DNA of 63,886 bases, filler included, from 7 parts of 7 records of this genome joined end to end with filler, not necessarily neighbours in it; one strand, 5' to 3'. Shown: positions 1 through 13,071, counted from the whole stretch's first letter. The notes: generated by a model from the letters alone, not told the origin. Translations and numbers: made by a program.

Positions 1-25
1 ACAAGCGTATTGTGAGGATATCAAA

Positions 26-841
26 ATGACACCTTTAGTTAAGGATATCATCATGTCTTCAACACGTATGCCAGCATTGTTTTTAGGTCACGGTAGTCCG
101 ATGAACGTGCTGGAAGATAATTTGTATACCCGCAGCTGGCAGAAGTTGGGGATGACATTGCCACGCCCGCAAGCGATTGTGGTGGTTTCGGCTCACTGGT
201 TTACCCGTGGAACAGGAGTGACCGCGATGGAGACGCCGCCCACGATTCATGACTTTGGTGGCTTCCCGCAGGCGCTGTACGATACGCATTATCCTGCTCC
301 GGGTTCGCCTGCGCTGGCACAGCGTCTGGTTGAGCTGTTAGCGCCGATCCCGGTGACGCTGGATAAAGAAGCCTGGGGCTTTGACCACGGCTCGTGGGGC
401 GTGCTGATTAAGATGTATCCTGACGCTGATATCCCGATGGTGCAGTTGAGTATCGACAGTAGCAAACCTGCCGCCTGGCATTTCGAAATGGGGCGCAAAC
501 TGGCAGCGCTGCGAGATGAAGGAATAATGTTGGTCGCCAGCGGTAACGTGGTGCATAACCTGCGCACAGTGAAGTGGCACGGTGATAGTTCACCGTATCC
601 GTGGGCGACGTCGTTTAATGAGTATGTGAAAGCGAATCTGACGTGGCAAGGGCCAGTGGAACAACATCCTCTGGTGAATTACCTCGACCATGAAGGTGGC
701 ACGTTATCGAACCCAACGCCAGAGCATTATTTGCCGTTGTTGTATGTGTTAGGTGCGTGGGATGGGCAGGAGCCAATTACCATTCCGGTTGAGGGTATAG
801 AAATGGGCAGCCTGAGTATGCTGTCGGTGCAGATAGGCTAA
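26..841 (+). CDS. ygiD: 4,5-DOPA extradiol dioxygenase (LigB family)
   Basis: 271-aa ORF; PALFLGHGSP, SAHW, DHGSW, SGNVVHNL and NPTPEHYLPL motifs; synteny with ygiC-ygiB-tolC. Confidence 0.95.
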   Translation: MTPLVKDIIMSSTRMPALFLGHGSPMNVLEDNLYTRSWQKLGMTLPRPQAIVVVSAHWFTRGTGVTAMETPPTIHDFGGFPQALYDTHYPAPGSPALAQRLVELLAPIPVTLDKEAWGFDHGSWGVLIKMYPDADIPMVQLSIDSSKPAAWHFEMGRKLAALRDEGIMLVASGNVVHNLRTVKWHGDSSPYPWATSFNEYVKANLTWQGPVEQHPLVNYLDHEGGTLSNPTPEHYLPLLYVLGAWDGQEPITIPVEGIEMGSLSMLSVQIG

Positions 842-845
842 CAAT

Positions 846-871
846 TACCGGATGGCGAGTGCCATCCGGTA
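846..871. terminator. Hairpin between convergent ygiD and ygiC (REP-like stem)
   Basis: TACCGGATGGC-GAGT-GCCATCCGGTA, 11-bp stem. Confidence 0.55.
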
Positions 872-878
872 TCGTGGC

Positions 879-2039
879 TTATTCAACAAAAATATGTGGA
901 TAAAACCGAGACATATCCTGGGTGATCAATGCACGGTCTTCACGAATGCCAATTCCGGCGGGTTGATCGTTCACCAGCCAGCTACCAATCAGCATATAGC
1001 TGTCGCCGAATTTCGGTAACGGGTGGAATTGCTGAACAATCATCCCTTCTTCGCCATACGGACCTTCCGCTGCTTCAATGGTTTTGCCGTTCTCAATGAT
1101 CGACACGTTTGCGCCTTCACGGGAGAAGATCGGTTTAACCACATATTTTTCCATTTGCGGATGATCATCTTCCGCAAAATAAGCGGGCAGCAGGTTCGGG
1201 TGATTCGGGAACATCTCCCACAGTAGCGGTAGAAGTGCCTTGTTGGAGATAATGCTCTTCCACGCCGGTTCCAGCCAGCGTACGCCTGCATCCTCCAGCT
1301 TGGTTGAGAACATCTCACGCAACATAAATTCCCACGGATACAGTTTGAACAGGTTGGAAATTACCTGATCCTGTAAATCCGTGAACTGACCTTTTTCACC
1401 TAACCCGATATCATCGATGTAGAGGAACTCAGTAGCAATTTCAGCTTCCGTTGCGCAGTCCTGCAAATACTGAATGGTTCCGCGATCTTCCACCGTGTCG
1501 CGACAGCAGGTGAGATGCAGCAACTGGAAGCCATACTGTTCACGCAGCTCAACGAAGCGATCGATCAGTTTTTCTTGCAGACTGTTAAACTGGTCGCTGC
1601 CCTCCGGCAAGTTACCGGCGTTAAGCTGATCTTCCAGCCAGATCCACTGAAAGAACGCCGCCTCGTATAGTGACGTTGGCGTATCGGCGTTATTTTCCAG
1701 AAGTTTAGGTTCACCAGTGCCATCCCACGCCAGATCAAGACGCGAATAAAGCGATGGCTGGTGCGTCAGCCATGACTGGCGCACAAAACTCCAGGTGTGT
1801 TTTGGAATGCGGAATTTGGTCATCAGCTCATCGCTGGCGATCACTTTTTCCACCACTTTCAGGCACATCTGGTGCAGTTCGGCGGTGACTTCTTCCAGCT
1901 TTTCAACCTGGGCGAGGGTCAACTTGTAGTAAGCATCTTCACACCAGTACGGCTCGCCGTACATGGTGTGAAAATTGAAACCGTATTCGTGGGCTTTCTC
2001 ACGCCAGTCCGGGCGCTCGGTAATACTGACTCTTTCCAT
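879..2039 (-). CDS. ygiC: Glutathionylspermidine synthase-like ATP-grasp protein
   Basis: 386 aa; [26 protein letters not shown]. Confidence 0.95.
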
Positions 2040-2044
2040 CGGTA

Positions 2045-2716
2045 TCAGCCACCCATTGAACGAGAAGAGGTACCGGTTGCACTACGCTGCATAGTGCTTT
2101 GTTTGGCAACAGATTCACCAAAACCGCCACGGGTAACGGTAGTGGTGGTCGCCGGTTTTGGTGCCATTGCCGTCTTCGGTACGGTCATGGTGCGGCCTGG
2201 CTGGGCTGCGCCATAGTTTTTACCCGTCGCGTCGGTATATTTACCGTAAGCCGGACTGGCTGGGTTTTTCGAGGAGAACAGCGGCTGCTGTGCAAATCCC
2301 GCGCCGCCGCCCATCAGACGCCCCATCATGTAACCGGCCATCAGCGGCATCCAGAAACTCCCGCTGGATTGCTGGGCCTGCGCCTGGTTTTCTGGTGCCA
2401 TGCCAGCCTGGGCTGGTGCCTGCTGGCACTGACCTTCACCAAATTCAGCAACACAGTCTTCACGGGTGGCGTATTTCGGCGCAGTACGTTCGGCTTCTTT
2501 CAGCGCATTGTTGTACGCGGTGGTACATTCGGCGCTTTTGCCTGGGTTTGCAGCTGAACAGTCGTCAGCATTTTGATAGAGAGACACTGTTTCATCACTC
2601 TTTTCACAGCCAGCCAGCATAAAAACAGTGGCAACCGCGAGAGCGACTGGTGTCAGATGGCGTGCGCTCCAGTTTTTGCGGAACGATGCGTGGCGTATGG
2701 ATTTTGTCCGTTTCAT
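2045..2716 (-). CDS. ygiB: DUF1190 family putative lipoprotein
   Basis: Start placed at MKRTKS (223 aa); lipobox-like LAGC; RGGFG near C-terminus. Confidence 0.93.
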
Positions 2717-2836
2717 TTTTGTCTTCCGGGACCAGTGGTAAATACCCATCAGAATAGAGGATGGCTGGTCGAAATTGAAGCGAGAAGGGGGAAGAATGCG
2801 GCAGATAACCCGTATCTTTACGTTGCCTTACGTTCA

Positions 2837-2856
2837 GACGGGGCCGAAGCCCCGTC
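2837..2856 (-). other. GC-rich stem-loop with C(UUCG)G tetraloop just after the tolC stop
   Basis: Minus strand GACGGGGC-TTCG-GCCCCGTC, no U-tract. Confidence 0.6.
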
Positions 2857-2863
2857 GTCGTCA

Positions 2864-4345
2864 TCAGTTACGGAAAGGGTTATGACCGTTACTGGTGGTA
2901 GTGCGTGCGGATGTTTGCTGAACGACTGGTGCCGGGCTATCAGGCGCATAACCATCAGCAATAGCATTCTGTTCCGGCGTTTGCGGTGCAACGTTTTCCG
3001 GATTAGTGGAAACCGGTTTGCTCAGCGCATTGTTCAGTGCCAGCAGATCCTGCTCGTTCAACGTACCCAGAGCTGATTTAATATTCAGCTGATTAATCAG
3101 GTAGTTATAACGCGCATTCGCCAGCTCTTGCTTGGCGTTGTACAACGTGGTGGTCGCATCCAACACATCAACAATGGTACGCGTACCGACCGAGTAGCCC
3201 GCTTCCATCGCGTCTAATGAGCTTTGAGCGGAAACTACGGCTTGTTTGTAGGCGTTAATGCTACTGATAGATGCATTAATGTTGTTGAAGGAGGAACGCA
3301 CGGTCTGCACGACGCTACGATGGGCACTTTCCAGTTGCTCGCTGGCACCGACAAAGTTGTACTGTGCCTGTTTCACCTGCGAGTTAACCATTCCGCCCTG
3401 ATAAATCGGCAGCGAGAAGCTCAGGCCAACTTTGTTCTGGCCCATATTGCTATCGTCATACTGGGTACCAGCGGCACCACGGGTTTTCGAACCGCTATAA
3501 GAGGTGTCAGAAATCCCGGTAGAAGCCGTTAAATCCAGAGTCGGTAAGTGACCATCCTGCGCCTGGCGAATTTGCTCGCGCGCCAGGTCCTGGCTCAAGC
3601 GTGCCTGTAACAGCGACAGGTTGCGTTTTTCGGCTTCTTTCAGCAGCGCGTTAACCGGCTGTGGTTTGTCGGTTTTAAAGTTTTCGACATTCAGCGCAGC
3701 CAGTTCCGGATAGTAGTTACCGGTGATCTGGCGCAGCTGCTCTACCGCGTTATCAAGGTTATTACGTGCGGTCACTTCGTTCGCCAGCACGGTATCGTAC
3801 TGTGCGCGGGCGTTCTGCACGTCGGTGATCGCTACCAGGCCCACGTTAAAACGTTGGGTGGTTTGATCTAATTGACGGTAGATCGCTTCTTTTTGTGCCT
3901 GTGTATAGGAAAGAACGTCAATAGCATTCAACACGTTGAAATAAGCGGTCGCGGTGTTGAGGATCAAGGTTTGCTGATCGGTCTGATACGTGACGTCCTG
4001 AATCCCTGCTGCTTTTTCCTGCAGCGTTAACGCACGCCATTTCGACATATCAAAAATGGATTGAGTTAACTGCAAGGACGCACTGGTCGCGTTAGAGTTG
4101 ATGCCGTTCGCGTCGCGGTAGCCGTTGCTATAGGTGTAATCTGCACCTAAACCTAGCTGTGGCAGTAATGGACTGCGCGCTTCATTAATTTTTTCAAAGG
4201 CAGCATCACGATCGGCGGCAGACTTACGCAATTCCGGGTTACTAAGGCGTGCTTGCTGATAAACTTGCATCAGGTTCTCGGCCTGGCTCAACGAACTGAA
4301 CCCAGAAAGGCTCAGGCCGATAAGAATGGGGAGCAATTTCTTCAT
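2864..4345 (-). CDS. tolC: Outer membrane efflux channel TolC
   Basis: Start at MKKLLPILIG (493 aa), signal peptide then ENLMQVYQQA. Confidence 0.99.
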   Translation of the reverse strand: MKKLLPILIGLSLSGFSSLSQAENLMQVYQQARLSNPELRKSAADRDAAFEKINEARSPLLPQLGLGADYTYSNGYRDANGINSNATSASLQLTQSIFDMSKWRALTLQEKAAGIQDVTYQTDQQTLILNTATAYFNVLNAIDVLSYTQAQKEAIYRQLDQTTQRFNVGLVAITDVQNARAQYDTVLANEVTARNNLDNAVEQLRQITGNYYPELAALNVENFKTDKPQPVNALLKEAEKRNLSLLQARLSQDLAREQIRQAQDGHLPTLDLTASTGISDTSYSGSKTRGAAGTQYDDSNMGQNKVGLSFSLPIYQGGMVNSQVKQAQYNFVGASEQLESAHRSVVQTVRSSFNNINASISSINAYKQAVVSAQSSLDAMEAGYSVGTRTIVDVLDATTTLYNAKQELANARYNYLINQLNIKSALGTLNEQDLLALNNALSKPVSTNPENVAPQTPEQNAIADGYAPDSPAPVVQQTSARTTTSNGHNPFRN

Positions 4346-4428
4346 TTGCATTCCTTGTGGTGAAGCAGTATTTAGCGCGATCAAACTGTAAAATTATTGC
4401 GGATTCTAGCAGAAGCCGCTACCGCAAA

Positions 4429-4448
4429 AGGTTGGCGTTACGTGCCAT
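4429..4448 (-). promoter_or_regulatory. Marbox (MarA/SoxS/Rob site) upstream of tolC
   Basis: Minus strand ATGGCACGTAACGCCAACCT fits the marbox pattern; tolC is a known mar-regulon gene. Confidence 0.7.
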
Positions 4449-4549
4449 AGGGCGTTAATGTGCCTCAATTTAACACATGACTGCTCAAACGGCAGTCAAA
4501 CGTCGCTGAAATTCACATTTAATTCACTATTAGTGCCAGGACATTAACA

Positions 4550-5179
4550 ATGCTTAAGCCAGACAACCTGCCCGTTACATTTGGCAAAAACGATGTAGAA
4601 ATTATTGCACGAGAAACACTTTATCGCGGCTTTTTTTCATTAGATCTTTATAGATTTCGTCATCGTCTATTCAACGGGCAAATGAGTCATGAGGTGCGGC
4701 GGGAAATTTTTGAGCGCGGTCACGCCGCAGTCTTGCTACCCTTTGACCCAGTGCGTGATGAAGTTGTGCTGATTGAGCAGATTCGGATTGCCGCGTACGA
4801 CACCAGCGAAACCCCTTGGCTACTGGAGATGGTTGCCGGGATGATTGAAGAGGGTGAAAGTGTGGAAGATGTTGCCCGTCGCGAAGCGATTGAAGAGGCG
4901 GGACTGATAGTCAAACGGACCAAACCGGTGTTAAGTTTCCTGGCAAGCCCGGGGGGCACCAGTGAGCGTTCGTCAATTATGGTGGGCGAAGTGGACGCCA
5001 CGACCGCAAGCGGTATTCACGGTCTGGCTGATGAAAACGAAGATATTCGCGTTCATGTGGTAAGCCGGGAACAGGCATACCAGTGGGTAGAAGAGGGGAA
5101 AATCGACAACGCAGCGTCGGTCATCGCTTTGCAATGGCTGCAGCTGCATCATCAAGCGTTAAAAAATGAGTGGGCATAA
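4550..5179 (+). CDS. nudF: ADP-ribose pyrophosphatase
   Basis: 209 aa with Nudix box [22 protein letters not shown]. Confidence 0.97.
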
Positions 5180-5602
5180 ATGAAGCGTTACACACCTGAC
5201 TTTCCTGAAATGATGCGCCTGTGCGAGATGAACTTTTCACAATTGCGCCGTTTGTTACCGCGCAATGACGCACCCGGCGAAACTGTAAGCTATCAGGTGG
5301 CAAACGCACAATATCGGCTGACGATTGTGGAATCGACCCGATACACTACCCTGGTGACAATAGAACAGACTGCGCCCGCGATCAGTTACTGGAGCCTTCC
5401 GTCAATGACGGTGCGTCTGTATCATGACGCGATGGTGGCTGAAGTGTGTTCAAGCCAGCAGATTTTTCGCTTCAAAGCGCGGTATGATTATCCTAATAAA
5501 AAGTTGCATCAACGCGACGAAAAGCATCAAATTAATCAGTTTTTAGCGGACTGGTTGCGATACTGTTTAGCACATGGAGCGATGGCGATTCCGGTTTATT
5601 AG
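5180..5602 (+). CDS. yqiB: DUF1249 family protein
   Basis: 140 aa; position in nudF-yqiB-cpdA-yqiA-parE operon. Confidence 0.93.
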
Positions 5603-5626
5603 CGTCGTGAAACCTAAGGACACCAT

Positions 5627-6454
5627 TTGGAAAGCCTGTTAACCCTTCCTCTGGCTGGTGAGGCCAGAGTCAGGATTTTACAAATTACCGACACTCACCT
5701 GTTTGCACAAAAGCACGAAGCCCTGTTAGGGGTAAACACCTGGGAGAGTTACCAGGCGGTGCTGGAGGCGATTCGGCCACACCAGCACGAATTCGACCTG
5801 ATTGTCGCGACAGGTGATTTAGCGCAGGATCAATTCTCTGCGGCCTATCAGCATTTCGCTGAAGGCATCGCAAGTTTTCGTGCGCCCTGCGTCTGGCTGC
5901 CGGGCAACCACGATTTCCAGCCCGCGATGTACAGCGCGTTACAGGATGCGGGTATCTCCCCGGCGAAGCGCGTGTTTATTGGTGAGCAATGGCAAATCCT
6001 GTTGCTGGATAGCCAGGTGTTTGGCGTGCCGCACGGTGAGCTGAGCGAGTTTCAGCTTGAGTGGCTGGAACGTAAACTGGCCGATGCGCCAGAACGCCAT
6101 ACGTTGCTGCTGCTGCATCATCATCCGCTACCTGCGGGTTGTAGTTGGCTCGATCAACACAGTCTGCGTAACGCGGGCGAACTGGATACCGTGCTGGCGA
6201 AGTTTCCGCACGTCAAATACTTGCTGTGCGGTCATATTCATCAGGAGCTGGATCTCGACTGGAATGGTCGCCGCCTGCTGGCAACGCCGTCGACCTGTGT
6301 GCAGTTTAAGCCGCACTGTTCCAACTTTACGCTGGATACCATCGCGCCCGGCTGGCGTACTCTCGAGTTACATGCTGATGGCACGCTGACCACCGAGGTG
6401 CATCGCCTGGCGGACACACGTTTCCAACCTGATACCGCTTCAGAAGGCTACTGA
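5627..6454 (+). CDS. cpdA: 3',5'-cyclic AMP phosphodiesterase
   Basis: TTG start, 275 aa; metallophosphoesterase motifs DTH, GD, GNHD, GHIH. Confidence 0.97.
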   Translation: MESLLTLPLAGEARVRILQITDTHLFAQKHEALLGVNTWESYQAVLEAIRPHQHEFDLIVATGDLAQDQFSAAYQHFAEGIASFRAPCVWLPGNHDFQPAMYSALQDAGISPAKRVFIGEQWQILLLDSQVFGVPHGELSEFQLEWLERKLADAPERHTLLLLHHHPLPAGCSWLDQHSLRNAGELDTVLAKFPHVKYLLCGHIHQELDLDWNGRRLLATPSTCVQFKPHCSNFTLDTIAPGWRTLELHADGTLTTEVHRLADTRFQPDTASEGY

Positions 6455-7035
6455 TGTCTACGCTTCTTTATTTACACGGTTTCAACAGCTCGCCGCGCTC
6501 TGCAAAAGCGAGCTTGTTAAAAAACTGGCTGGCGGAACATCACCCTGACGTTGAGATGATCATTCCGCAGTTGCCGCCGTATCCTTCCGACGCGGCAGAG
6601 CTGCTGGAATCCATTGTCCTGGAACATGGCGGTGATTCGCTGGGTATTGTCGGTTCGTCACTGGGGGGATATTACGCCACCTGGTTGTCACAATGTTTTA
6701 TGCTGCCCGCAGTGGTGGTAAACCCGGCGGTGCGCCCGTTTGAACTGCTGACGGACTATCTCGGTCAGAACGAGAACCCCTACACCGGGCAGCAATATGT
6801 GCTAGAGTCACGCCATATTTACGATCTTAAAGTCATGCAGATTGACCCGCTGGAAGCGCCGGATTTGATCTGGCTGCTGCAACAGACGGGAGATGAAGTG
6901 CTGGATTACCGCCAGGCGGTGGCGTACTACGCTTCCTGCCGCCAGACTGTCATAGAAGGCGGCAACCACGCATTCACGGGCTTCGAAGATTATTTCAACC
7001 CGATCGTCGATTTTCTTGGTCTGCACCATCTCTGA
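6454..7035 (+). CDS. yqiA: Esterase (alpha/beta hydrolase)
   Basis: 193 aa; HGFNSS and GSSLGG nucleophile elbow. Confidence 0.95.
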   Translation: MSTLLYLHGFNSSPRSAKASLLKNWLAEHHPDVEMIIPQLPPYPSDAAELLESIVLEHGGDSLGIVGSSLGGYYATWLSQCFMLPAVVVNPAVRPFELLTDYLGQNENPYTGQQYVLESRHIYDLKVMQIDPLEAPDLIWLLQQTGDEVLDYRQAVAYYASCRQTVIEGGNHAFTGFEDYFNPIVDFLGLHHL

Positions 7036-7060
7036 CGATCAACTCGAATTACTAACTTAA

Positions 7061-8956
<1,896 letters not shown>

Positions 8957-8967
8957 AGGAAAGAACA

Positions 8968-8992
8968 TTGCCCGGTCAGGATGGCCGGGCAA
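8968..8992. terminator. Hairpin between convergent parE and ygiN
   Basis: TTGCCCGGTCA-GGA-TGGCCGGGCAA inverted repeat. Confidence 0.5.
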
Positions 8993-9003
8993 ACAAGGCA
9001 GGA

Positions 9004-9318
9004 TTAAATCCCTGGCTGCAGAATACGGATATTCATCTCCAGCACGTCACCTTTTACGGCTTCGCTATACGCCTTCATGTGCGGGGTTTGCAGATGCGCT
9101 TCAAGATGCGCGATGCTTTCCCACTGCTCAATCATCACGATAGAATCCGGTGCCATAGACTGGAAACTCACGCCAGCTGCGCAATCCACCATTGGCGCAT
9201 AGCCGTGGCAACCTTCTTCTTTCAGTACGGTTGGAACGATTTTAGCAAACTGATCCAATACCGCCTGACGGTGATGTTGACCAGGACGAGTACGGATTTC
9301 TGCGATTACGGTAAGCAT
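9004..9318 (-). CDS. ygiN: Quinol monooxygenase (ABM family)
   Basis: 104 aa; EEGCHGY, EQWES, HLQTPHM; downstream of mdaB. Confidence 0.95.
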   Translation of the reverse strand: MLTVIAEIRTRPGQHHRQAVLDQFAKIVPTVLKEEGCHGYAPMVDCAAGVSFQSMAPDSIVMIEQWESIAHLEAHLQTPHMKAYSEAVKGDVLEMNIRILQPGI

Positions 9319-9348
9319 GGTTAACTCCTTCTAAAGCCTGAGCTCTAG

Positions 9349-9930
9349 TTAACCAAAAATTTCCACAAGATGCTTGCGATATTCTTCAGTATAGCGGGGA
9401 ACATCAGGCATTTTTATCACGTCATTAGCGATAAATGTCGGCAGCGGTTCCATACCGAGGAATTGGTTTGCTTTATGGAACGGCAGATACACACCGTCAA
9501 CGCCAACGCCGTGGAAGAACTGATCTTTTTCGGTGAAGGCTTCCATTGGTGCGTTCCAGGTCAGAGAAAGCATATATTTTTTGCCCTGTACCAGGCCGCC
9601 GGAACCGTATTTTTTCGACGGATCTTTGCGGGTACGACCATCGCTGGCATACAGCGTCCCGTGACCTTCGGTGAATACATCATCAATGTATTTTTTCACT
9701 GTCCACGGCGCGCCCATCCACCAGCCTGGCATCTGCCAGATCACCACATCAGCCCAGAGAAAGTTTTGTACTTCCGCTTTGACATCGTAGTCGCTGTCGG
9801 CGCGAACGATGCGGACATCATGCCCAAGGTCGCGCAGTGTGCCATCCGCGACTTCGGTCAGGGTGTCGTTCAGTTGACCATTGGAGTGGGCGAATTTTTT
9901 CGCGCCGTTGATAATCAGGATGTTGCTCAT
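9349..9930 (-). CDS. mdaB: NADPH quinone reductase MdaB
   Basis: 193-aa flavodoxin-like fold, PGWWMGAPWTVKKYID. Confidence 0.97.
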   Translation of the reverse strand: MSNILIINGAKKFAHSNGQLNDTLTEVADGTLRDLGHDVRIVRADSDYDVKAEVQNFLWADVVIWQMPGWWMGAPWTVKKYIDDVFTEGHGTLYASDGRTRKDPSKKYGSGGLVQGKKYMLSLTWNAPMEAFTEKDQFFHGVGVDGVYLPFHKANQFLGMEPLPTFIANDVIKMPDVPRYTEEYRKHLVEIFG

Positions 9931-9988
9931 TTTTTAACCTCAAGGTGAGACGTTTGCCGACTATAGTACGTCACAGAGCGGTACGGTG

Positions 9989-10008
9989 AAATTAGCAAAA
10001 TGTGCAAA
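9989..10008 (-). promoter_or_regulatory. Marbox upstream of mdaB
   Basis: Minus strand TTTGCACATTTTGCTAATTT, with a -10-like TACTAT at 9963-9968. Confidence 0.65.
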
Positions 10009-10248
10009 GTCTTTTGCGAATTTAGCAAAAGTCTGATCTTACTCTGACTCACCGATGCAGGATAAATATTTTCTGAAAATGACAATACTGATAGCCATTC
10101 CTCATAATTCTTACTCGCACCGGAATAATTTACACGTTTGGTTCGGTTTTTTTGGGGATTGAAAATATGGCTTTGAATAAGTAAAAGATGAAAGTATCAA
10201 CGTGTCATGTTGATAATTATAAATGGATTTTTATGAGCGTACTGATAT

Positions 10249-10443
10249 ATGTTAAAGCAGAAAATTAAAACAATATTTGAAGCATTGCTATATATAATGC
10301 TTACTTATTGGTTAATAGATTCTTTTTTTGCTTTCAATAAGTATGACTGGATGCTTGAGTCGGGAGGAAATATTTGCAGTATACCTTCCGTTTCAGGCGA
10401 AGATCGTATATTGCAAGCAATGATTGCAGCATTTTTTCTTCTT
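10249..10443 (+). CDS. ygiZ: Inner membrane protein (DUF2645), 3'-truncated by contig end
   Basis: MLKQKIKTIFEALLYIMLTYWL..., AT-rich, divergent from mdaB. Confidence 0.85.
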
Positions 10444-10543
10444 NNNNNNNNNNNNNNNNNNNNNNNNNNNNNNNNNNNNNNNNNNNNTTAATTAATTAAN
10501 NNNNNNNNNNNNNNNNNNNNNNNNNNNNNNNNNNNNNNNNNNN
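10444..10543. other. Artificial contig spacer
   Basis: 44 N + TTAATTAATTAA (stops in all six frames) + 44 N. Confidence 0.99.
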
Positions 10544-11112
10544 GACTAGGGATCCGTCATTTATCCGAGCATTTTACCCCAAAAACCTTTTATTTATAAG
10601 GGTCATTGCGAATTATCTGATGCAAAGTTATGTTATGTTAGGCAAAGTAATCTTCTATTATTAATAAGCACATCAAAACCTTTTTGAATATTAAATAATA
10701 ATTAATTAGCATCATCCTCATTCATTAATTCCGCTTAACAATAGTTTCACACCTTGCCCCCATTGCGACACCTCGGAAATCATCACGCAGTTAAACTCTC
10801 CGTAATGAGGAAATATCATCATCGCGTTTCATTAGTGAATTCTTAAATGAGGCATTTTCACACAATTATCTTACAGATAAAAAAACCAGACTTACAATTA
10901 AGAATCAGAACAATTCACTATATAACATTGCATGTAAAGCATATACACCTCATTATTTTGTCATTATTAAGTTATTAACAGCACAATCGAGCCTTCCCCT
11001 CTGGCAAAATCTTATTCTGCAGACCTTCAAAACACCGTCCTGGGGGAGTACATTGTTCTAAGCTGACTTCCACGGCAGGGAGTGGCGATAACAGCAAAAA
11101 AGGTCAAGATTC

Positions 11113-12330
11113 ATGTCCCCCATTGAAAAATCCAGCAAATTAGAGAATGTCTGTTATGACATCCGTGGTCCGGTGCTGAAAGAAGCAAAACGCCTGGAAG
11201 AAGAAGGTAACAAGGTACTGAAACTGAACATCGGCAACCCAGCCCCGTTCGGTTTTGACGCGCCAGATGAAATCCTCGTTGACGTGATACGCAACCTGCC
11301 TACCGCTCAAGGGTATTGCGATTCCAAAGGTCTTTACTCCGCGCGTAAAGCCATCATGCAGCACTACCAGGCTCGTGGCATGCGTGATGTTACCGTGGAA
11401 GATATTTACATCGGCAATGGTGTATCGGAGCTTATCGTTCAGGCAATGCAGGCATTGCTGAACAGCGGGGACGAAATGTTGGTTCCTGCACCAGATTACC
11501 CACTCTGGACCGCGGCGGTTTCGCTTTCCAGCGGTAAAGCGGTGCATTATCTTTGCGATGAATCCTCTGACTGGTTCCCGGACCTCGATGATATTCGCGC
11601 TAAAATTACGCCTCGTACGCGTGGGATCGTTATTATCAACCCAAATAACCCAACCGGCGCGGTATATTCCAAAGAGCTTTTAATGGAGATTGTGGAGATT
11701 GCACGTCAGCATAATCTCATTATCTTCGCCGATGAAATTTATGACAAAATTCTCTACGACGACGCTGAGCATCACTCAATTGCGCCGCTGGCACCTGACC
11801 TGCTGACCATTACCTTTAACGGACTGTCGAAAACGTACCGCGTTGCAGGCTTCCGTCAGGGGTGGATGGTGTTGAACGGGCCGAAAAAACACGCCAAAGG
11901 CTACATCGAAGGTCTGGAAATGCTGGCTTCAATGCGCCTGTGTGCTAACGTTCCTGCGCAACACGCCATTCAGACCGCGCTAGGTGGTTATCAGAGCATC
12001 AGTGAATTTATTACCCCTGGCGGTCGTCTTTATGAGCAGCGTAACCGCGCGTGGGAACTGATCAACGATATTCCGGGCGTTTCCTGCGTGAAACCTCGTG
12101 GTGCGCTGTATATGTTCCCGAAAATCGACGCCAAACGCTTTAACATTCACGACGATCAGAAAATGGTGTTGGATTTCCTGTTGCAGGAAAAAGTTCTGTT
12201 GGTGCAAGGGACGGCATTCAACTGGCCGTGGCCGGATCACTTCCGCATTGTCACGCTACCGCGTGTCGATGATATCGAGCTGTCTTTGAGCAAGTTCGCG
12301 CGTTTCCTTTCTGGTTATCATCAGCTGTAA
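11113..12330 (+). CDS. alaA: Glutamate-pyruvate aminotransferase AlaA
   Basis: 405-aa class I PLP aminotransferase; NPNNPTG, DEIY, GLSKTYRVAGFRQGW. Confidence 0.97.
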   Translation: MSPIEKSSKLENVCYDIRGPVLKEAKRLEEEGNKVLKLNIGNPAPFGFDAPDEILVDVIRNLPTAQGYCDSKGLYSARKAIMQHYQARGMRDVTVEDIYIGNGVSELIVQAMQALLNSGDEMLVPAPDYPLWTAAVSLSSGKAVHYLCDESSDWFPDLDDIRAKITPRTRGIVIINPNNPTGAVYSKELLMEIVEIARQHNLIIFADEIYDKILYDDAEHHSIAPLAPDLLTITFNGLSKTYRVAGFRQGWMVLNGPKKHAKGYIEGLEMLASMRLCANVPAQHAIQTALGGYQSISEFITPGGRLYEQRNRAWELINDIPGVSCVKPRGALYMFPKIDAKRFNIHDDQKMVLDFLLQEKVLLVQGTAFNWPWPDHFRIVTLPRVDDIELSLSKFARFLSGYHQL

Positions 12331-12413
12331 TCTTAATTTCACTGCCGGAGATTGCATCCGGCAGCGTTATCCCGCCACAATGACCTGATGATGTCATCAT
12401 ACGTAAGGTCACT

Positions 12414-13013
12414 ATGAAACAGAGCCATTTTTTTGCCCATCTCTCCCGCCTGAAACTCATTAACCGCTGGCCGCTCATGCGCAACGTGCGGACGGAAAAT
12501 GTGTCCGAACACAGTTTGCAGGTAGCGATGGTCGCCCATGCGCTGGCAGCTATCAAAAATCGAAAATTTGGCGGTAATGTCAACGCCGAACGTATCGCTT
12601 TACTGGCGATGTACCACGATGCCTCAGAAGTGCTCACCGGCGATCTCCCTACTCCGGTGAAATACTTCAATTCGCAAATCGCTCAGGAGTACAAGGCTAT
12701 TGAAAAAATCGCTCAGCAAAAACTGGTCGATATGGTTCCGGAAGAGCTGCGGGATATCTTTGCGCCGTTAATTGACGAGCATGCATATAGCGATGAAGAA
12801 AAATCGCTGGTGAAACAGGCAGATGCACTGTGTGCATATCTGAAATGTCTGGAAGAACTCGCGGCCGGAAATAATGAATTCTTGCTGGCAAAAACGCGAC
12901 TGGAAGCGACGCTTGAAGCGCGTCGCAGCCAGGAGATGGACTACTTCATGGAAATATTTGTTCCCAGCTTCCATCTTTCGCTCGATGAGATTAGCCAGGA
13001 TTCACCGCTGTAA
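12414..13013 (+). CDS. yfbR: 5'-deoxynucleotidase (HD domain)
   Basis: 199 aa; ENVSEHS, YHDASE. Confidence 0.96.
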   Translation: MKQSHFFAHLSRLKLINRWPLMRNVRTENVSEHSLQVAMVAHALAAIKNRKFGGNVNAERIALLAMYHDASEVLTGDLPTPVKYFNSQIAQEYKAIEKIAQQKLVDMVPEELRDIFAPLIDEHAYSDEEKSLVKQADALCAYLKCLEELAAGNNEFLLAKTRLEATLEARRSQEMDYFMEIFVPSFHLSLDEISQDSPL

Positions 13014-13016
13014 GCA

Positions 13017-13067
13017 GCCGGAGTCTGCGTCGCATCAGGCAATAAGCGCCGGATGCGACATCAGGCT
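13017..13067. repeat. Degenerate REP elements between convergent yfbR and yfbS
   Basis: GCGTCGCATCAGGC and GCCGGATGCGAC REP half-sites. Confidence 0.7.
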
Positions 13068-13071
13068 CTTG

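Noticed and set aside
10488-10499. TTAATTAATTAA as a biological palindrome or recombination site
   Set aside because: Identical in six places and always centred in 44+44 Ns, so it is a synthetic six-frame stop linker; ORFs with X runs are artefacts
10544-11112. AT-rich 570-nt stretch upstream of alaA as a foreign island or hidden gene
   Set aside because: No ORF or repeat structure supported; consistent with the normal long lrhA-alaA regulatory intergenic region
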